A stretch of 64,000 nucleotides of DNA from Candidatus Goldiibacteriota bacterium (GCA_018000835.1 JAGNJD010000001.1:5275-69274); one strand, 5' to 3'. Positions 38,592 to 49,500 are shown, numbered from the stretch's first letter. A program made the numbers and translations. The notes: generated by a model not told the origin, from the sequence alone.

Positions 38592-38665
38592 TTTTCACCT
38601 GCCTTTATTTTTTTATAATTATATATAATTATCATTTTTTTTCAACAAATTATATTTAATTTCAG

Positions 38666-39943
38666 TTAAATAATGATCTCCGGGTTCAAAAAGAATTCCT
38701 CAGCTTCAAAGGATTTAAATTCCGGCATCTTTACTATTTTCTTATACGTAATTACTATTTTATCCGTTTTTTCATATCTTTTTGAAAAAATTTTGAGCGC
38801 AGATGCAGCCTTGCCAGGATTTCCGGACTTTACTTCAATTGCTTTGAGTTTGTTACCTATTTTAAAAACATAATCAACCTCATTATCCCTTTCACGCCAA
38901 TAGAACAATTCTCCTCCGTATTCCTGTGCTAACCAGTAAAGCCTTGCCCCAACTGCATTCTCTATCAGCCTTCCCCAATACATAGAATCCTTAAATGTCT
39001 GCCTGTAGTTAACATTTGAATTAGCCGTGACAATTGAATTATCCAAAAAAAGAATTTTCGGAGATGAACTTTTCTGTCTGATTCTGCTTCCGCTGAATTT
39101 CTCAAGGGGTATGATAAAAAAAGCATTGGAAAGAAGTTTCAGGTAAAATGCTATCGTAGATGCATTGCCCGCTTCCTGGAGTTGACCAAGCATGTTCTGG
39201 TAACTTAATATCTGTGCAGGATAGTGAAGGCACAAGGCAAATGCCTGTCTTAACAGCGCCGGTTTTGTTATTGGATTCATTAAAAGCACGTCTTTGGCTA
39301 TTACCGCTTCAACGAGAGAATCTTTTATATAATCCATCCATCTGTGATAATCCTTGCGAATTTGCAGTGCCGCAGGATAACCACCGTAATAAATGTATTC
39401 ATTTAATTTTATGCCGGCAAATTCACTGCATTCTTTAAATGACCATTGGCTGTGCCTGTGCAGTTCAAACCTTCCGGCAAGGCTCTCTGTCAATCCCCTT
39501 TGCATCAAAAGCGAAGAGGAACCAAGTATGACTACGCGAAGATTTATTCTGGAAAATTTATCCTCATCAAACAGCCGTTTTACTATGGTACTCCAATGTG
39601 ATATTTTCTGTATTTCATCAATGATAAGAAGTGTCCTTTTTCGTTCTTTTTTTGCCGCTTCTCTTGCTTTGTTCCATACTCTCATAAGCCATTGGGTGTC
39701 GACAACTTCCGGCAAATCCGCCGTCTCATAAAACTTTGGTCCTTTCCATTCATTAAATATCTGCTTTACAAGAGTCGTCTTGCCAACCTGACGAGGTCCT
39801 ACCACCGCCTGGATGAGATTTACGTTCCCCTCCAGATGCTTTTTAAGCCTCGTATAAAGCTGTTTTCTAATATATATTTTCATGGTCATAAGATAACAAA
39901 TTATCTGCGCCAAGTCAAACAATTTGTTCAATTGATTGAACAA
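38666..39943 (-). CDS. AAA_14/DUF4143 ATPase
   Basis: GPRQVGKTTL Walker A. The C-terminal DUF4143-like region is typical of this widespread accessory ATPase family. The likely start is MKIYIRK at ~39883. Confidence 0.7.
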   Translation of the reverse strand: MFNQLNKLFDLAQIICYLMTMKIYIRKQLYTRLKKHLEGNVNLIQAVVGPRQVGKTTLVKQIFNEWKGPKFYETADLPEVVDTQWLMRVWNKAREAAKKERKRTLLIIDEIQKISHWSTIVKRLFDEDKFSRINLRVVILGSSSLLMQRGLTESLAGRFELHRHSQWSFKECSEFAGIKLNEYIYYGGYPAALQIRKDYHRWMDYIKDSLVEAVIAKDVLLMNPITKPALLRQAFALCLHYPAQILSYQNMLGQLQEAGNASTIAFYLKLLSNAFFIIPLEKFSGSRIRQKSSSPKILFLDNSIVTANSNVNYRQTFKDSMYWGRLIENAVGARLYWLAQEYGGELFYWRERDNEVDYVFKIGNKLKAIEVKSGNPGKAASALKIFSKRYEKTDKIVITYKKIVKMPEFKSFEAEEFFLNPEIII

Positions 39944-40089
39944 ATTGTAAATTCAAATTTGGTTTTATTGCTTTAATTGCCCCATATTCCGTTGCTTTAC
40001 GGTAAATCTGATGGAAAAATTAATTGCAGCTACATGAATTTTTTATGATTAAAAACGAGTAATTGAATGCTGCAGGATTTTTTTAAAAT

Positions 40090-41142
40090 TTAAATTATTT
40101 TTTTTAGTTCTTTTAAAAATTCTTTTAACAAATCTTTTTTCTTTACCTTTTTAATTATTTTACCTTTTTTAAAAATCACGCCTATTGATTTGCTGCCGGT
40201 TAAACCAAGGTCTGCATGAGATGCCTCTCCAGGGCCATTTACGCTGCACCCCATAACTGCAATCTTTAACGGCTTTGATATGTTCATTGTTGCTTTTTCA
40301 ACTTCATGGGCAATTTTTATGACGTCTATTTCGGTTCTCGCACAGGTTGGACAGGAAATTATCGTAACTCCTCTTTCACGTAATCTGAGAGAATTAAGAA
40401 TCCTGTATGCAACGTATACTTCCATTTCCGGTTTTGTGGTTAACGAAACCCTTATTGTATCGCCAATCCCTTCTGATAAAAGAATACCGGAACCTATGGA
40501 TGATTTTATGACACCACCTAATTCAGTCCCGGATTCCGTTATGCCTATATGCAAAGGATAATCCCTCATTTTAATAAAAAGACGATATGCTTCTATCGTA
40601 GTAAGCACGTCCGACGCCTTAAGCGAGATAACCATATTTGTAAAATTTTCACCTTCAAAAAATTCAACGTATTCCATTAAACTTGCAACCATAAGATTTG
40701 CAGTATCATCTTCTGATTTTACTTTAAGTTTATAGTTGATGTTGGATTTAAGTGAACCTGAATTTACTCCTATTCTTATTACTGCTTCCCTTTCTTTTGC
40801 AGCATTAATTACTTCCCTTAACCGGTCAACGCCCCCTATGTTTCCAGGATTTATTCTTATTTTATCTACCCCGTTTTTTAATGCCTCAATGGCAAGGCGG
40901 TAATCGTAATGAATGTCTGCAACAAGTGGAATTTTTATCTGTTCTTTTATTTTCTTTAACGACAATGCCGACTGTATATCAGGCACGCTGCATCTTATAA
41001 TCTCACAACCTGCATCCTCTAATCTTTTTATTTGGGCAACGGTTGATTTAACGTCTTTTGTTTCGGTATTGGTCATTGACTGCACAGCAATGGGATTGCC
41101 GCTGCCTATGGTAACGCTGCCTATTTTTACCTTTTTCGTCAT
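40090..41142 (-). CDS. ispG: 4-hydroxy-3-methylbut-2-enyl diphosphate synthase (flavodoxin)
   Basis: KIGSVTIGSGNPIAVQSMTNT and CPTCAR...MGCSVNGPGE motifs. The track ORF starts at 41280, but the likely start is MTKKVKIG at ~41142, just after the rseP stop. Confidence 0.9.
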   Translation of the reverse strand: MTKKVKIGSVTIGSGNPIAVQSMTNTETKDVKSTVAQIKRLEDAGCEIIRCSVPDIQSALSLKKIKEQIKIPLVADIHYDYRLAIEALKNGVDKIRINPGNIGGVDRLREVINAAKEREAVIRIGVNSGSLKSNINYKLKVKSEDDTANLMVASLMEYVEFFEGENFTNMVISLKASDVLTTIEAYRLFIKMRDYPLHIGITESGTELGGVIKSSIGSGILLSEGIGDTIRVSLTTKPEMEVYVAYRILNSLRLRERGVTIISCPTCARTEIDVIKIAHEVEKATMNISKPLKIAVMGCSVNGPGEASHADLGLTGSKSIGVIFKKGKIIKKVKKKDLLKEFLKELKKII

Positions 41143-41150
41143 ATTATGCT

Positions 41151-42482
41151 TTAACTTCCTGAAAAGAATCTTAAAATGTCCTGATAGGTTGCAAATATCA
41201 GAAGAAATATCAAAAGCATCCAGCCAAGTTGCATTAATGTTTCCTGGACTTTTAACGGAACCATTTTTCCTCGTATCCATTCAATTATGAATATAAGCAC
41301 AAGACCGCCGTCAAGCGGTAAAAGCGGCACAAAATTAATCAATGCAAGGTTTATGTTTATAATTGCAAATAAAAACATTAGATTCACTATGCCTGTTTTT
41401 GCAACTTCATAACTTATCTGTATGACGCCGATAGGACCTGCAACGTCCGGTTCTATTTTTCTCATGATCATTTTATAAATTGACCTTACTGTAAGGTCTG
41501 TAAAATTAACTACCTGTGCAAAAGCCCGGTCCGATGCTTTTAATATGCCATATTTCTCTTTTGTTGAATTTGGTTTTGGCACTATTCCTATTACTTTTCT
41601 TTTTATCTTTGTTTTATCCTTTGCTTCTTCCTCTACGATTTTTGGAGTAATTACAAATTCTTTTATTTCCCCGTTTCTTTGGACTTTTATTTTTAAATCT
41701 TTCTTTGATTTCTCCACCATATCCGTAACTTCTTCCCAGTAGGTAATTTTTTTACCGTCTATACTTATGATAACGTCGCCTTTTTTTATTCCCGCATTAT
41801 ACGCAGGAAATTCTTTTTTAACGTCATCTACTATCGGTAAAAAAGCAAGCGGAGAAATTCCAACCACCGGTTTTTTCTTTTTATCCTTTAAAATGTCCTC
41901 TGTTTCCTCTATTTTTGGTTTAATGTTAAAAACAAGTTCTTTGTTATCCCGCAAAACAACAAAAGTTATCTGCTCTTCTTTTAAGCCTGTTATAATTTCA
42001 GAAACTTCATTCCAGTATTTTACTCTTTTGTCATTAATCTTTATTATCTCGTCTCCCTTTTGCAAGCCGGCTTCGAATGCAGGATATCCATGCTTAACTT
42101 CGCCAATTACCGGCTTTAGCGTATCAGTGCCTATAATAAATACAAACCACATGAGAAGGAAAGCAAGGAATATATTTTGTATCACCCCGGAGGAAGCCAC
42201 AATAATCTTTTTTATCGGATGCTGGTTTAAAAAAGCTTTTTTATCGTTTGGGTCAAGTTCGTCGGGATTTTCTCCTGCCAGCTGCACGTATCCTCCTAAG
42301 ACCACCAGTAAACTTATTAAATATTCAGTTTCTCCTTTTTTAAATGAAACCAGTTTTGGACCAAGTCCTATTGAAAATTTTTCAACGCCTATATTTAAAC
42401 TTTTAGCGGCAAAAAAATGTCCCATTTCATGAAATAGTATCGTAAGACCAAGCGCTATGATTATGTAAAGTGCTTCCAGCAT
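41151..42482 (-). CDS. rseP: RIP site-2 metalloprotease RseP
   Basis: HEMGHF zinc motif, two PDZ domains, and a C-terminal LDGG motif. Confidence 0.85.
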   Translation of the reverse strand: MLEALYIIIALGLTILFHEMGHFFAAKSLNIGVEKFSIGLGPKLVSFKKGETEYLISLLVVLGGYVQLAGENPDELDPNDKKAFLNQHPIKKIIVASSGVIQNIFLAFLLMWFVFIIGTDTLKPVIGEVKHGYPAFEAGLQKGDEIIKINDKRVKYWNEVSEIITGLKEEQITFVVLRDNKELVFNIKPKIEETEDILKDKKKKPVVGISPLAFLPIVDDVKKEFPAYNAGIKKGDVIISIDGKKITYWEEVTDMVEKSKKDLKIKVQRNGEIKEFVITPKIVEEEAKDKTKIKRKVIGIVPKPNSTKEKYGILKASDRAFAQVVNFTDLTVRSIYKMIMRKIEPDVAGPIGVIQISYEVAKTGIVNLMFLFAIININLALINFVPLLPLDGGLVLIFIIEWIRGKMVPLKVQETLMQLGWMLLIFLLIFATYQDILRFFSGS

Positions 42483-42535
42483 TTTTTTTCTCCTTTACTT
42501 TTTGTTATTTTATTTGTTTTATAATCTGAACAGAA

Positions 42536-43690
42536 TTATTTATTTTTATCCACATCTATGATTTCCTGCGTGATTTTTCTGACTGAATTATCAACATTTA
42601 TTATATCATAAATGTCCGGATTAAAAACAGGTTTATACATTTTCATAACTTTTCCAACGTAATACGCAATCTGGTTAAATTTTATTTTTTTGTCAAGAAA
42701 ATTACGGACTGCAATCTCATTTGCTGCATTCATGCATGCAGGCATGGTCCCTCCGGTCCTGCCGGCTTTTAGTGCAAGTGAAAATGCCGGAAATTTTTTT
42801 AAATCAGGCTTATAAAAATCAAAATGCCCTGTTTTACTTAAATCAAGCATATTTATTCTTTTCATTGTTCTTTCAGGATAGGTTATGGCATACGTTATGG
42901 GCAACCGCATGTCGGGCTGCGACATCTGGGCAAAAACAGAGCCGTCCGTAAATTCAACCATTGAATGTATTATTGACTGCGGATGAATAACCACCTCTAT
43001 TTTATCATAAGGCATGTCAAACAAAAAATGTGCCTCTATCACTTCAAGACCTTTGTTCATCAGAGTTGCCGAATCAACGGTAATTTTTTGTCCCATTTTC
43101 CACGTGGGATGTGCCAGCGCCTGATTTATAGTTATACCGTTAAATTTATTTTTGGGAAAATCCTTAAAAGGGCCTCCGGAAGCAGTTATGATTATTTTAC
43201 TGACGGAATTTATATCTTTATCCTGCAATATCTGAAATATTGCACTATGCTCGGAATCAACCGGAATTATTCTGGAATTGTATTTTTTTCTTTCCCTGTT
43301 AACAATATCACCGGCAATAACCAGAGACTCTTTGTTTGCAAGTGCAATTTTTTTTCCGCTCCTTATTGCAGAAAGCAGCGGCAATAACCCTGCTGCTCCT
43401 ACAATTGCAATCAAAATTATGTCTGCCTTTTTTAACGATGAAAGTTTTATCAGTCCGTCAGGTCCTGTTAAAATTTTTGTATTCTTTAACCCTTTTAATT
43501 CTTTTGCCTTTTCAACGTTTCCAATGCAGACATATTCCGGTCTGTATTTCATCGCCTGTTTCTTTAAAACAGAAACGTCTTCATTTGCAGATAAACCCAA
43601 TACTTTTACTTTTTCATTCATCATGTCAATTATGGAAAGGGCTGATTTGCCTATTGAACCGGTTGAACCAAGTATAACGATTTTTTTCAT
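42536..43690 (-). CDS. dxr: 1-deoxy-D-xylulose-5-phosphate reductoisomerase
   Basis: ILGSTGSIGKSAL N-terminus and the conserved Dxr core. Confidence 0.9.
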   Translation of the reverse strand: MKKIVILGSTGSIGKSALSIIDMMNEKVKVLGLSANEDVSVLKKQAMKYRPEYVCIGNVEKAKELKGLKNTKILTGPDGLIKLSSLKKADIILIAIVGAAGLLPLLSAIRSGKKIALANKESLVIAGDIVNRERKKYNSRIIPVDSEHSAIFQILQDKDINSVSKIIITASGGPFKDFPKNKFNGITINQALAHPTWKMGQKITVDSATLMNKGLEVIEAHFLFDMPYDKIEVVIHPQSIIHSMVEFTDGSVFAQMSQPDMRLPITYAITYPERTMKRINMLDLSKTGHFDFYKPDLKKFPAFSLALKAGRTGGTMPACMNAANEIAVRNFLDKKIKFNQIAYYVGKVMKMYKPVFNPDIYDIINVDNSVRKITQEIIDVDKNK

Positions 43691-43699
43691 AATTTTTAA

Positions 43700-44509
43700 T
43701 TATAAAACGAAAAAAAATAGATAAAAAAACATGGCAGGAGCGTTAAAAAGGGCTGAATCAATTCTGTCAAAAAAGCCGCCATGTCCGGGAATAATTTCTG
43801 ATGAATTTTTTACGCCGGAAAATCTTTTTAATAACGATTCAGAAATGTCGCCTGCCTGTCCTGCTATAGATAACAGGACTGATAAAATAATCAGATGTAA
43901 AAGCTGGTCTTGTCCAAATAATCCTTTTGGCAGATAAAAGAAATGTATTATTATTACAGAAATTACAGCCGAAAGCAGACCGCCAATGCATCCTTCAATT
44001 GTTTTGCCAGGACTTATGGAAGGTATGAGTTTGTGTTTTCCCATAAAACTACCGGTGAAATAAGCACCGGCATCGTATATAAACGTTATCAACAAAAATA
44101 TAAATATATAATAAGAACCGTTTTCAAGCAGACGTAATTTAATAATGAATAATCCAAGAAAACCCGTATATAAAACAGGCATAATTGTTGCAGGAATTTT
44201 ATAAAAATTATCGGTTTTTCCTGAAATGATGGTCATCGTAAAAACAACCATAAAAAACAATGCAATAAATCCCGGAAAATAATTTTCCCCGGCGTTAAAC
44301 AAAACCATCAGATAAAGCATTACTGCAAAAATATTTCCCGTTATAAAATACGGCTTTAAATTTTTTTTACTTATCATTAAATAAGTTTCATTTAAGGTGA
44401 CAATTAAAGCGAGTATTACAAGTCCTATAAAAAAATACGGATTTTTTAAAAATATCAGTATGTAAATAACCGGTAATGCAATCAAAGCTGTTAAAATTCT
44501 TAATATCAT
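43700..44509 (-). CDS. cdsA: Phosphatidate cytidylyltransferase
   Basis: Polytopic protein with the C-terminal CdsA signature ...KRFSGVKNSSEIIPGHGGFFDRIDS. Confidence 0.8.
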   Translation of the reverse strand: MILRILTALIALPVIYILIFLKNPYFFIGLVILALIVTLNETYLMISKKNLKPYFITGNIFAVMLYLMVLFNAGENYFPGFIALFFMVVFTMTIISGKTDNFYKIPATIMPVLYTGFLGLFIIKLRLLENGSYYIFIFLLITFIYDAGAYFTGSFMGKHKLIPSISPGKTIEGCIGGLLSAVISVIIIHFFYLPKGLFGQDQLLHLIILSVLLSIAGQAGDISESLLKRFSGVKNSSEIIPGHGGFFDRIDSALFNAPAMFFYLFFFVL

Positions 44510-45223
44510 TTACAGACCACCGTATCGCCTTTCTCTTTTCCCGTATTCCCTGATTGTCCTGTATAATTCCTTTTTTCTGAAATCAGGCCAGAGAACATCG
44601 GTTATATATAATTCCGAATATGCAATCTGCCACAATAAAAAATTTGAAACTCTTTGTTCACCGCTTGTTCTTATAAGCAGGTCAGGATCTGGATATCCTG
44701 CCGTATAAAGATTATCCGATATTGTAGATTCGCCGATTCCGGATATTTTTAATTTATTATTTATAACCATGGAGGAAATTCTCTTCGTGGCACGGATTAT
44801 CTCGCTTCTTGCCCCGTAATTTAAAGCAAGTATAAGCGTCATTTTTTTGTTATTTCTGGTTATTTTTTTTACTTTTTTTATTTTTATCTGAACGTTTTTT
44901 GGTAATTTTAAAACGTCTCCTATAGTATCCAGTTTAATGTCGTTTTTAATAAGCGTTTTTTCTTCTTTTGTCAGGTATTCATCAAGAAGGTTCATCAGAA
45001 ATTTTATCTCACTTTTTGGTCTTTTCCAGTTCTCGGTAGAAAATGCATAAAGAGTAAGATATTTTATTCCGATTTCAGCACACGCCTCCGTAATTTCACG
45101 GACTGATACTGCTCCTTCCCTGTGTCCGAATATTCTCGGCAGATTTCTTTTTTTTGCCCATCTGCCATTACCATCCATTATTATTGCAATATGTTCAGGA
45201 ATTTTTTTAAAATTTGTCATCAA
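44510..45223 (-). CDS. uppS: Isoprenyl transferase (undecaprenyl-diphosphate synthase)
   Basis: HIAIIMDGNGRWA and ...LIRTSGEQRVSNFLLWQ motifs. Confidence 0.9.
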   Translation of the reverse strand: MMTNFKKIPEHIAIIMDGNGRWAKKRNLPRIFGHREGAVSVREITEACAEIGIKYLTLYAFSTENWKRPKSEIKFLMNLLDEYLTKEEKTLIKNDIKLDTIGDVLKLPKNVQIKIKKVKKITRNNKKMTLILALNYGARSEIIRATKRISSMVINNKLKISGIGESTISDNLYTAGYPDPDLLIRTSGEQRVSNFLLWQIAYSELYITDVLWPDFRKKELYRTIREYGKRERRYGGL

Positions 45224-45233
45224 TCATCCTGCT

Positions 45234-45788
45234 TTATATCGTCATCAGGTCCTGTTCTTTTATTTTTACCAGATTATCCACGTCTGCAATGTATTTATCG
45301 GTAATTTTCTGCGTTTTTGATTCCCCATATTTTAAATCATCTTCCGATATCTGCTTATTTTTTTCCATATTCTTAATTTTTTCATTTGCTTCTCTTCGTA
45401 TGTTTCTCAGATTTATTTTGGTTTCTTCCGACATTTTTTTTACCTTTTTTACCATTTCTTTCCTCGTTTCTTCGGTTAATTCAGGAAATTTTAATTTCAG
45501 GGAATCCCCGGTATTTACGACCCCAAGCCCGAGATTTGCGGCAAGTATCGCCTTTTCAATATTCTGTAAGATGTTTTTATCCCATGGTCTTACATCTATT
45601 GTCTTTGCCTCTATAACGGACAAACTTGCAACCTGATTTATCGGCATTTTGTTTTCGTAACATTCCACAAAAATATCATTTAAAATAGCCGTGTTTGCCC
45701 TGCCCGTCCGGAATGTTAAGAGTTCCTGCTGAAAAACATCTATGGCTTTTTTCATTTTTACTTCCATCTCTTTAATTACATTTTCCAT
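45234..45788 (-). CDS. frr: Ribosome recycling factor
   Basis: 184 aa with the typical RRF sequence (LLTFRTGRANTAILNDI). Confidence 0.9.
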   Translation of the reverse strand: MENVIKEMEVKMKKAIDVFQQELLTFRTGRANTAILNDIFVECYENKMPINQVASLSVIEAKTIDVRPWDKNILQNIEKAILAANLGLGVVNTGDSLKLKFPELTEETRKEMVKKVKKMSEETKINLRNIRREANEKIKNMEKNKQISEDDLKYGESKTQKITDKYIADVDNLVKIKEQDLMTI

Positions 45789-45898
45789 CTTTTACCCTCC
45801 AAAATAATAAAATTGTATTTTATTTTTTTCTTTAACACGTCAATATGCCTTATAAAATATTCGTCATTTTTATTAACATAAAAACAGGGCGTCTATTT

Positions 45899-46663
45899 TT
45901 ACGTTATTTTTTTGTCGATGGTTTTTTTTGCGGAACTATTACCATCGCCATGAATTATTGTTCCCAAGTTTTTCCCGCACACTACCTTTTTTATGTTCCC
46001 TTTTTCCATAAGATTAAAAATGATTAAGGGGATGTTGTTTTCCATGCACAATGAAATTGCCGTCGAATCAATTACGCGAAGATTTTTATTTAGTACGTCA
46101 ATGTATCTTAAATTGGAAAATTTTTTTGCGTTTTTATCGATTTCGGGGTCGCCGCTATAAACTCCTGATACCTTTGTGGCTTTTAAAAAAACTTCCGCTC
46201 CTATTTCCATGGCACGCAGGGCTGCCGCCGTATCAGTAGTAAAATACGGATTTCCGGTGCCTCCGCCAAAAATTACCACGCGTTTTTTTTCAAGATGTCT
46301 CATTGCTCTCCTTTTTATAAACGGCTCTGCCAGTTCCTTCATCTCTATGGCGGATAAAACCCTCGTCTGGACGCCCATTTGTTCAAGGACGTCCTGCAGG
46401 GCAAGTGCATTAATAACGGTAGCCAGCATGCCCATGTAATCACCCACGACCCTGTCTATCTTGAAATTTTTTCCCCTGCCACCGCGAAATATGTTGCCGC
46501 CGCCTATAACAACCCCAACTTCAACCCCCATTTTATGGACCGCCTTTATTTCCTCTGCTATGCCATAAATAGTATCGTAATCAATTCCGGTCTTTTTTTC
46601 ACCGGCAAATGCTTCTCCACTTAATTTAAGCATTATTCTTTTATACTTCGGTTTCAAAGACAT
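45899..46663 (-). CDS. pyrH: UMP kinase
   Basis: [12 protein letters not shown]...[11 protein letters not shown] motifs. Confidence 0.9.
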   Translation of the reverse strand: MSLKPKYKRIMLKLSGEAFAGEKKTGIDYDTIYGIAEEIKAVHKMGVEVGVVIGGGNIFRGGRGKNFKIDRVVGDYMGMLATVINALALQDVLEQMGVQTRVLSAIEMKELAEPFIKRRAMRHLEKKRVVIFGGGTGNPYFTTDTAAALRAMEIGAEVFLKATKVSGVYSGDPEIDKNAKKFSNLRYIDVLNKNLRVIDSTAISLCMENNIPLIIFNLMEKGNIKKVVCGKNLGTIIHGDGNSSAKKTIDKKIT

Positions 46664-46681
46664 CGGATACCTCCACCTATA

Positions 46682-47278
46682 TTATTCTCCTACGACAAAT
46701 CTTGCAAACCTCTTTACGATAATATTTTCGCCGAGTTTCGATATTTTTTCTTTTATTATGGTTTCGACCGTCTTTGTGTCATCTTTTATGAACGGCTGTT
46801 CAAGCAGACAAACGTCTTTATAAAATTTTTCAATCTTGCCTTCTATTATCTTTTCCATTACTTTTTCTGGTTTCCCGGAATCCTTAATTTGTGCCTTGTA
46901 AATTTCCTTTTCTTTTTCGATGACGTCCTGTGGAACGTCTTCTCTTTTTACGTAAAACGGCGACATTGCAGCAACCTGCATTGCAACGTCCTTTAACAGA
47001 TTTTCAAACTCGTCTGTTCTTGCAACAAAATCCGTTTCACAGTTTATCTCAACCATGGAACCAATCTTTCCATTTGTATGTATGTAGGAAAATATCCTGC
47101 CTTCCTTGGTCGTCCTGGAACTCTTTTTTGAAGCAGAGGCTATTCCCTTTTCCCTTAAATAATCCATTGCCTTTTCCATATTACCATCCGTCTCCATAAG
47201 TGCTTTCCTGCAATCACCAAAACCCGCACCCGTTTTTTCCCTTAGTTCTTTAACTGCATCCATTGTCACATTTGCCAT
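46682..47278 (-). CDS. tsf: Elongation factor Ts (short form)
   Basis: [20 protein letters not shown]-terminal UBA-like region. 198 aa. Confidence 0.9.
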   Translation of the reverse strand: MANVTMDAVKELREKTGAGFGDCRKALMETDGNMEKAMDYLREKGIASASKKSSRTTKEGRIFSYIHTNGKIGSMVEINCETDFVARTDEFENLLKDVAMQVAAMSPFYVKREDVPQDVIEKEKEIYKAQIKDSGKPEKVMEKIIEGKIEKFYKDVCLLEQPFIKDDTKTVETIIKEKISKLGENIIVKRFARFVVGE

Positions 47279-47312
47279 ATCCTGTCTCCTTTATGTTTTT
47301 TTCTTACGACAA

Positions 47313-48209
47313 CTATTGTCCGGTTGTTTCATCCGCGACTTTCTTTCCTGCTTTTAATTTTTTTCTTTCCTTTGCTTCAACGTCATCCAGGAACATTTCT
47401 TCGTATTCAGACGTATCCATGTCCTGTTGCGATTCAATTTTTTCTTTTTCACCAATGACGTCTTCCTGATTAACTGCTTCCGTCTGAATGTTTTCCCGGG
47501 CAACGGCAATTTCTTTTTCCCTTTCCATTGCAATTTTTTCTTCCATTATTGAGTCTGCCATAATTTTACACATTAACCTTACCGCTCTTATTGCATCGTC
47601 ATTCCCCGGTATTATAACGTCAACGCCGTCCGGAGAACAGTTGGTATCAACTACCCCTATAACGGGTATTCCAAGTTTGTTACCTTCTTTTATTGCATTT
47701 TCTTCGTGCTTGACGTCTATGACAAATATTGCACCCGGTAAATCGTCTACATCCCTTAATCCTTCAAGATTTTCCTTTAGTTTTTTAAGTTCTTTTTGCA
47801 TTTTCATCTTTTCCTTTATGGGATATTTTTCAAGGCCGCCCGTTGCATCCTGTTCTTCCAGATATTTAAATCTTTCTATTCTTTGCTTTATCGTAAAAAA
47901 ATTAGTAAGAGTTCCACCCAGCCATCGCGATGCAACGTATGGCATTCCACAGCGGATTGCCTCTTCTTTTATGGCATCAGATGCCTGTTTTTTTGTTCCG
48001 ACAAAAAAAATCTTTTTTCCCTGGCGGATAACGGACTTTACGAATAAAACGGCGTCTCTCGTATATTTCATGGTCTTCTGCAGGTCAATAATATAAATCC
48101 CGTTCCTTGCAGTATAAATAAAAGGTTTCATTTTGGGATTCCAGCGTTTGGTTTGATGTCCGAAATGGACTCCGGCTTCAAGAAATGCTTTCATTGAAAT
48201 TTGTGGCAT
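47313..48209 (-). CDS. rpsB: 30S ribosomal protein S2 with acidic/lysine-rich C-terminal extension
   Basis: FLEAGVHFGHQTKRWNPKM motif. The likely start is MPQISMK at ~48209. The track ORF starts at 48266. Confidence 0.9.
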   Translation of the reverse strand: MPQISMKAFLEAGVHFGHQTKRWNPKMKPFIYTARNGIYIIDLQKTMKYTRDAVLFVKSVIRQGKKIFFVGTKKQASDAIKEEAIRCGMPYVASRWLGGTLTNFFTIKQRIERFKYLEEQDATGGLEKYPIKEKMKMQKELKKLKENLEGLRDVDDLPGAIFVIDVKHEENAIKEGNKLGIPVIGVVDTNCSPDGVDVIIPGNDDAIRAVRLMCKIMADSIMEEKIAMEREKEIAVARENIQTEAVNQEDVIGEKEKIESQQDMDTSEYEEMFLDDVEAKERKKLKAGKKVADETTGQ

Positions 48210-48387
48210 AACTAAATCCTCCTTTGGTTTTTTACCTCTGCTTCCTTCCACTTTCCAGATACCCATGTTTTATGGGACCCACCTGGAAATCCGGTAAGCA
48301 TGGTGTTTTTAATTTCTAAAAAACAGATAAAATACTAACATAAAAGAAACATAAAATGCAAGGTTTTTTTTCAATTACATAAAAAGG

Positions 48388-48455
48388 GGCAAATTGCAGG
48401 TTTTATCGAATCACTCCACAAACTTCGCATGCTTTTCTTGTAACAAACCTCCTTA
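48388..48455 (+). repeat. Solo IS30-family terminal-repeat-like sequence (copy A)
   Basis: GCAAATTGCAGGTTTTATCGAATCACTCCACAAACTTCGCATGCTTTTCTTGTAACAAACCTCCTTAG. Approximately 75% identical to the IS right end at 49563-49637 and to the copy at 51835-51905. Confidence 0.6.
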
Positions 48456-48666
48456 GCCCGCTCCGCTATACAAAAAAACCTTCGGCTTATCCGCCGAATG
48501 GCTTTAGCGCAGCAAATGGCGGAAAAGCCGAGACGATTTACAGAACTTAATATCCGAGATGAACCAATATTCAGCCAACAAAGAATGCTTATATACATAC
48601 GACACATTTAAAAGTATCACAATATTTAACAATACGTCATAAGACATTACAATCTATTTCATAAAT

Positions 48667-49500
48667 TTAAAGTAAATCTCTTCTCTTAATTAATAAATCT
48701 TTTACAGTGAACTTCGTTTCTTTCAAAAGCCAACGAAAGAAACTTTTACTTAATTTAAGTATCGTAGAATTATGATATCTTATCAGCCAGTTCGTTTTAG
48801 TTCTTATTTTAAAATCCTTTTTATTCTTCTTATAGTTGTTAACTATTACTTCTTTGTGCCTCAAAACAAAAGACAAATATTCTTCAACATCGTCGCATTC
48901 ATCTGCAATAGCCCTTAAATAATCTATAAAATATAAGCCATCTGCATCCTTTCGTATATTATTCTTTATATCACTCATTTCCATCTTTAAGTTGTGCTCT
49001 CGTTTTTTAAATAAGTCAGATGCACTTCTTAAAAACTTGAATATTTCTGGGTCAATTACTATTCGTGGAAACTTCGCAATTTGGCTTTCAAATTTATATG
49101 CTCTATTAAACCCTGGACCAAATACGTTCTTCTTTTCATAATAGAGTTCATCTATGACAACAGCACCACGAATAAAAATGTCATTCGCCACCATATTTGT
49201 TTGTAGATGAACCAAATCAAGTAATTCAAAAAATAGAATTCCCTGGGGATACTTAATATTACTTCTGCTTAAAACATTTCTAACCCTTATTGCCATATCA
49301 GAAAACTTAAAAAAATATGGTTCTCCTCTGCGAAAAGGACGTTGGTCTTCATTGTAATATTCAAAAATTTTAAGTTTTTCTAAAATTACATTTGGGTCTG
49401 TTTCATTTTCCATAACTTTTTTAAACCCTAAAATATCCAGAAAAGTAATAATGCACGTTTTATATTTGTGCTTTCGTTTTTTTGACATTTTTCCTCCCAA
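48667..49500 (-). CDS. Hypothetical protein with class-III nucleotidyl-cyclase-like N-terminal motifs, inside an IS-flanked islet
   Basis: 277 aa. CIITFLDILGFKK / FKFSDMAIRV / IRGAVVIDE...FGPGFNRAYKFES parallel the cyclase homology domain motifs. The C-terminal 140 aa are helical and unassigned. Flanked by IS30-end copies A and B. Confidence 0.35.
   Translation of the reverse strand: MGGKMSKKRKHKYKTCIITFLDILGFKKVMENETDPNVILEKLKIFEYYNEDQRPFRRGEPYFFKFSDMAIRVRNVLSRSNIKYPQGILFFELLDLVHLQTNMVANDIFIRGAVVIDELYYEKKNVFGPGFNRAYKFESQIAKFPRIVIDPEIFKFLRSASDLFKKREHNLKMEMSDIKNNIRKDADGLYFIDYLRAIADECDDVEEYLSFVLRHKEVIVNNYKKNKKDFKIRTKTNWLIRYHNSTILKLSKSFFRWLLKETKFTVKDLLIKRRDLL

Noticed and set aside
41767-42432. 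221-aa plus-strand ORF and other long plus ORFs inside rseP, dxr, rpsB and dprA (for example 12887..13315, 43278..43724, 47488..48096)
   Set aside because: They are antisense to strongly supported housekeeping genes and have low-complexity Ser/Phe-rich translations.
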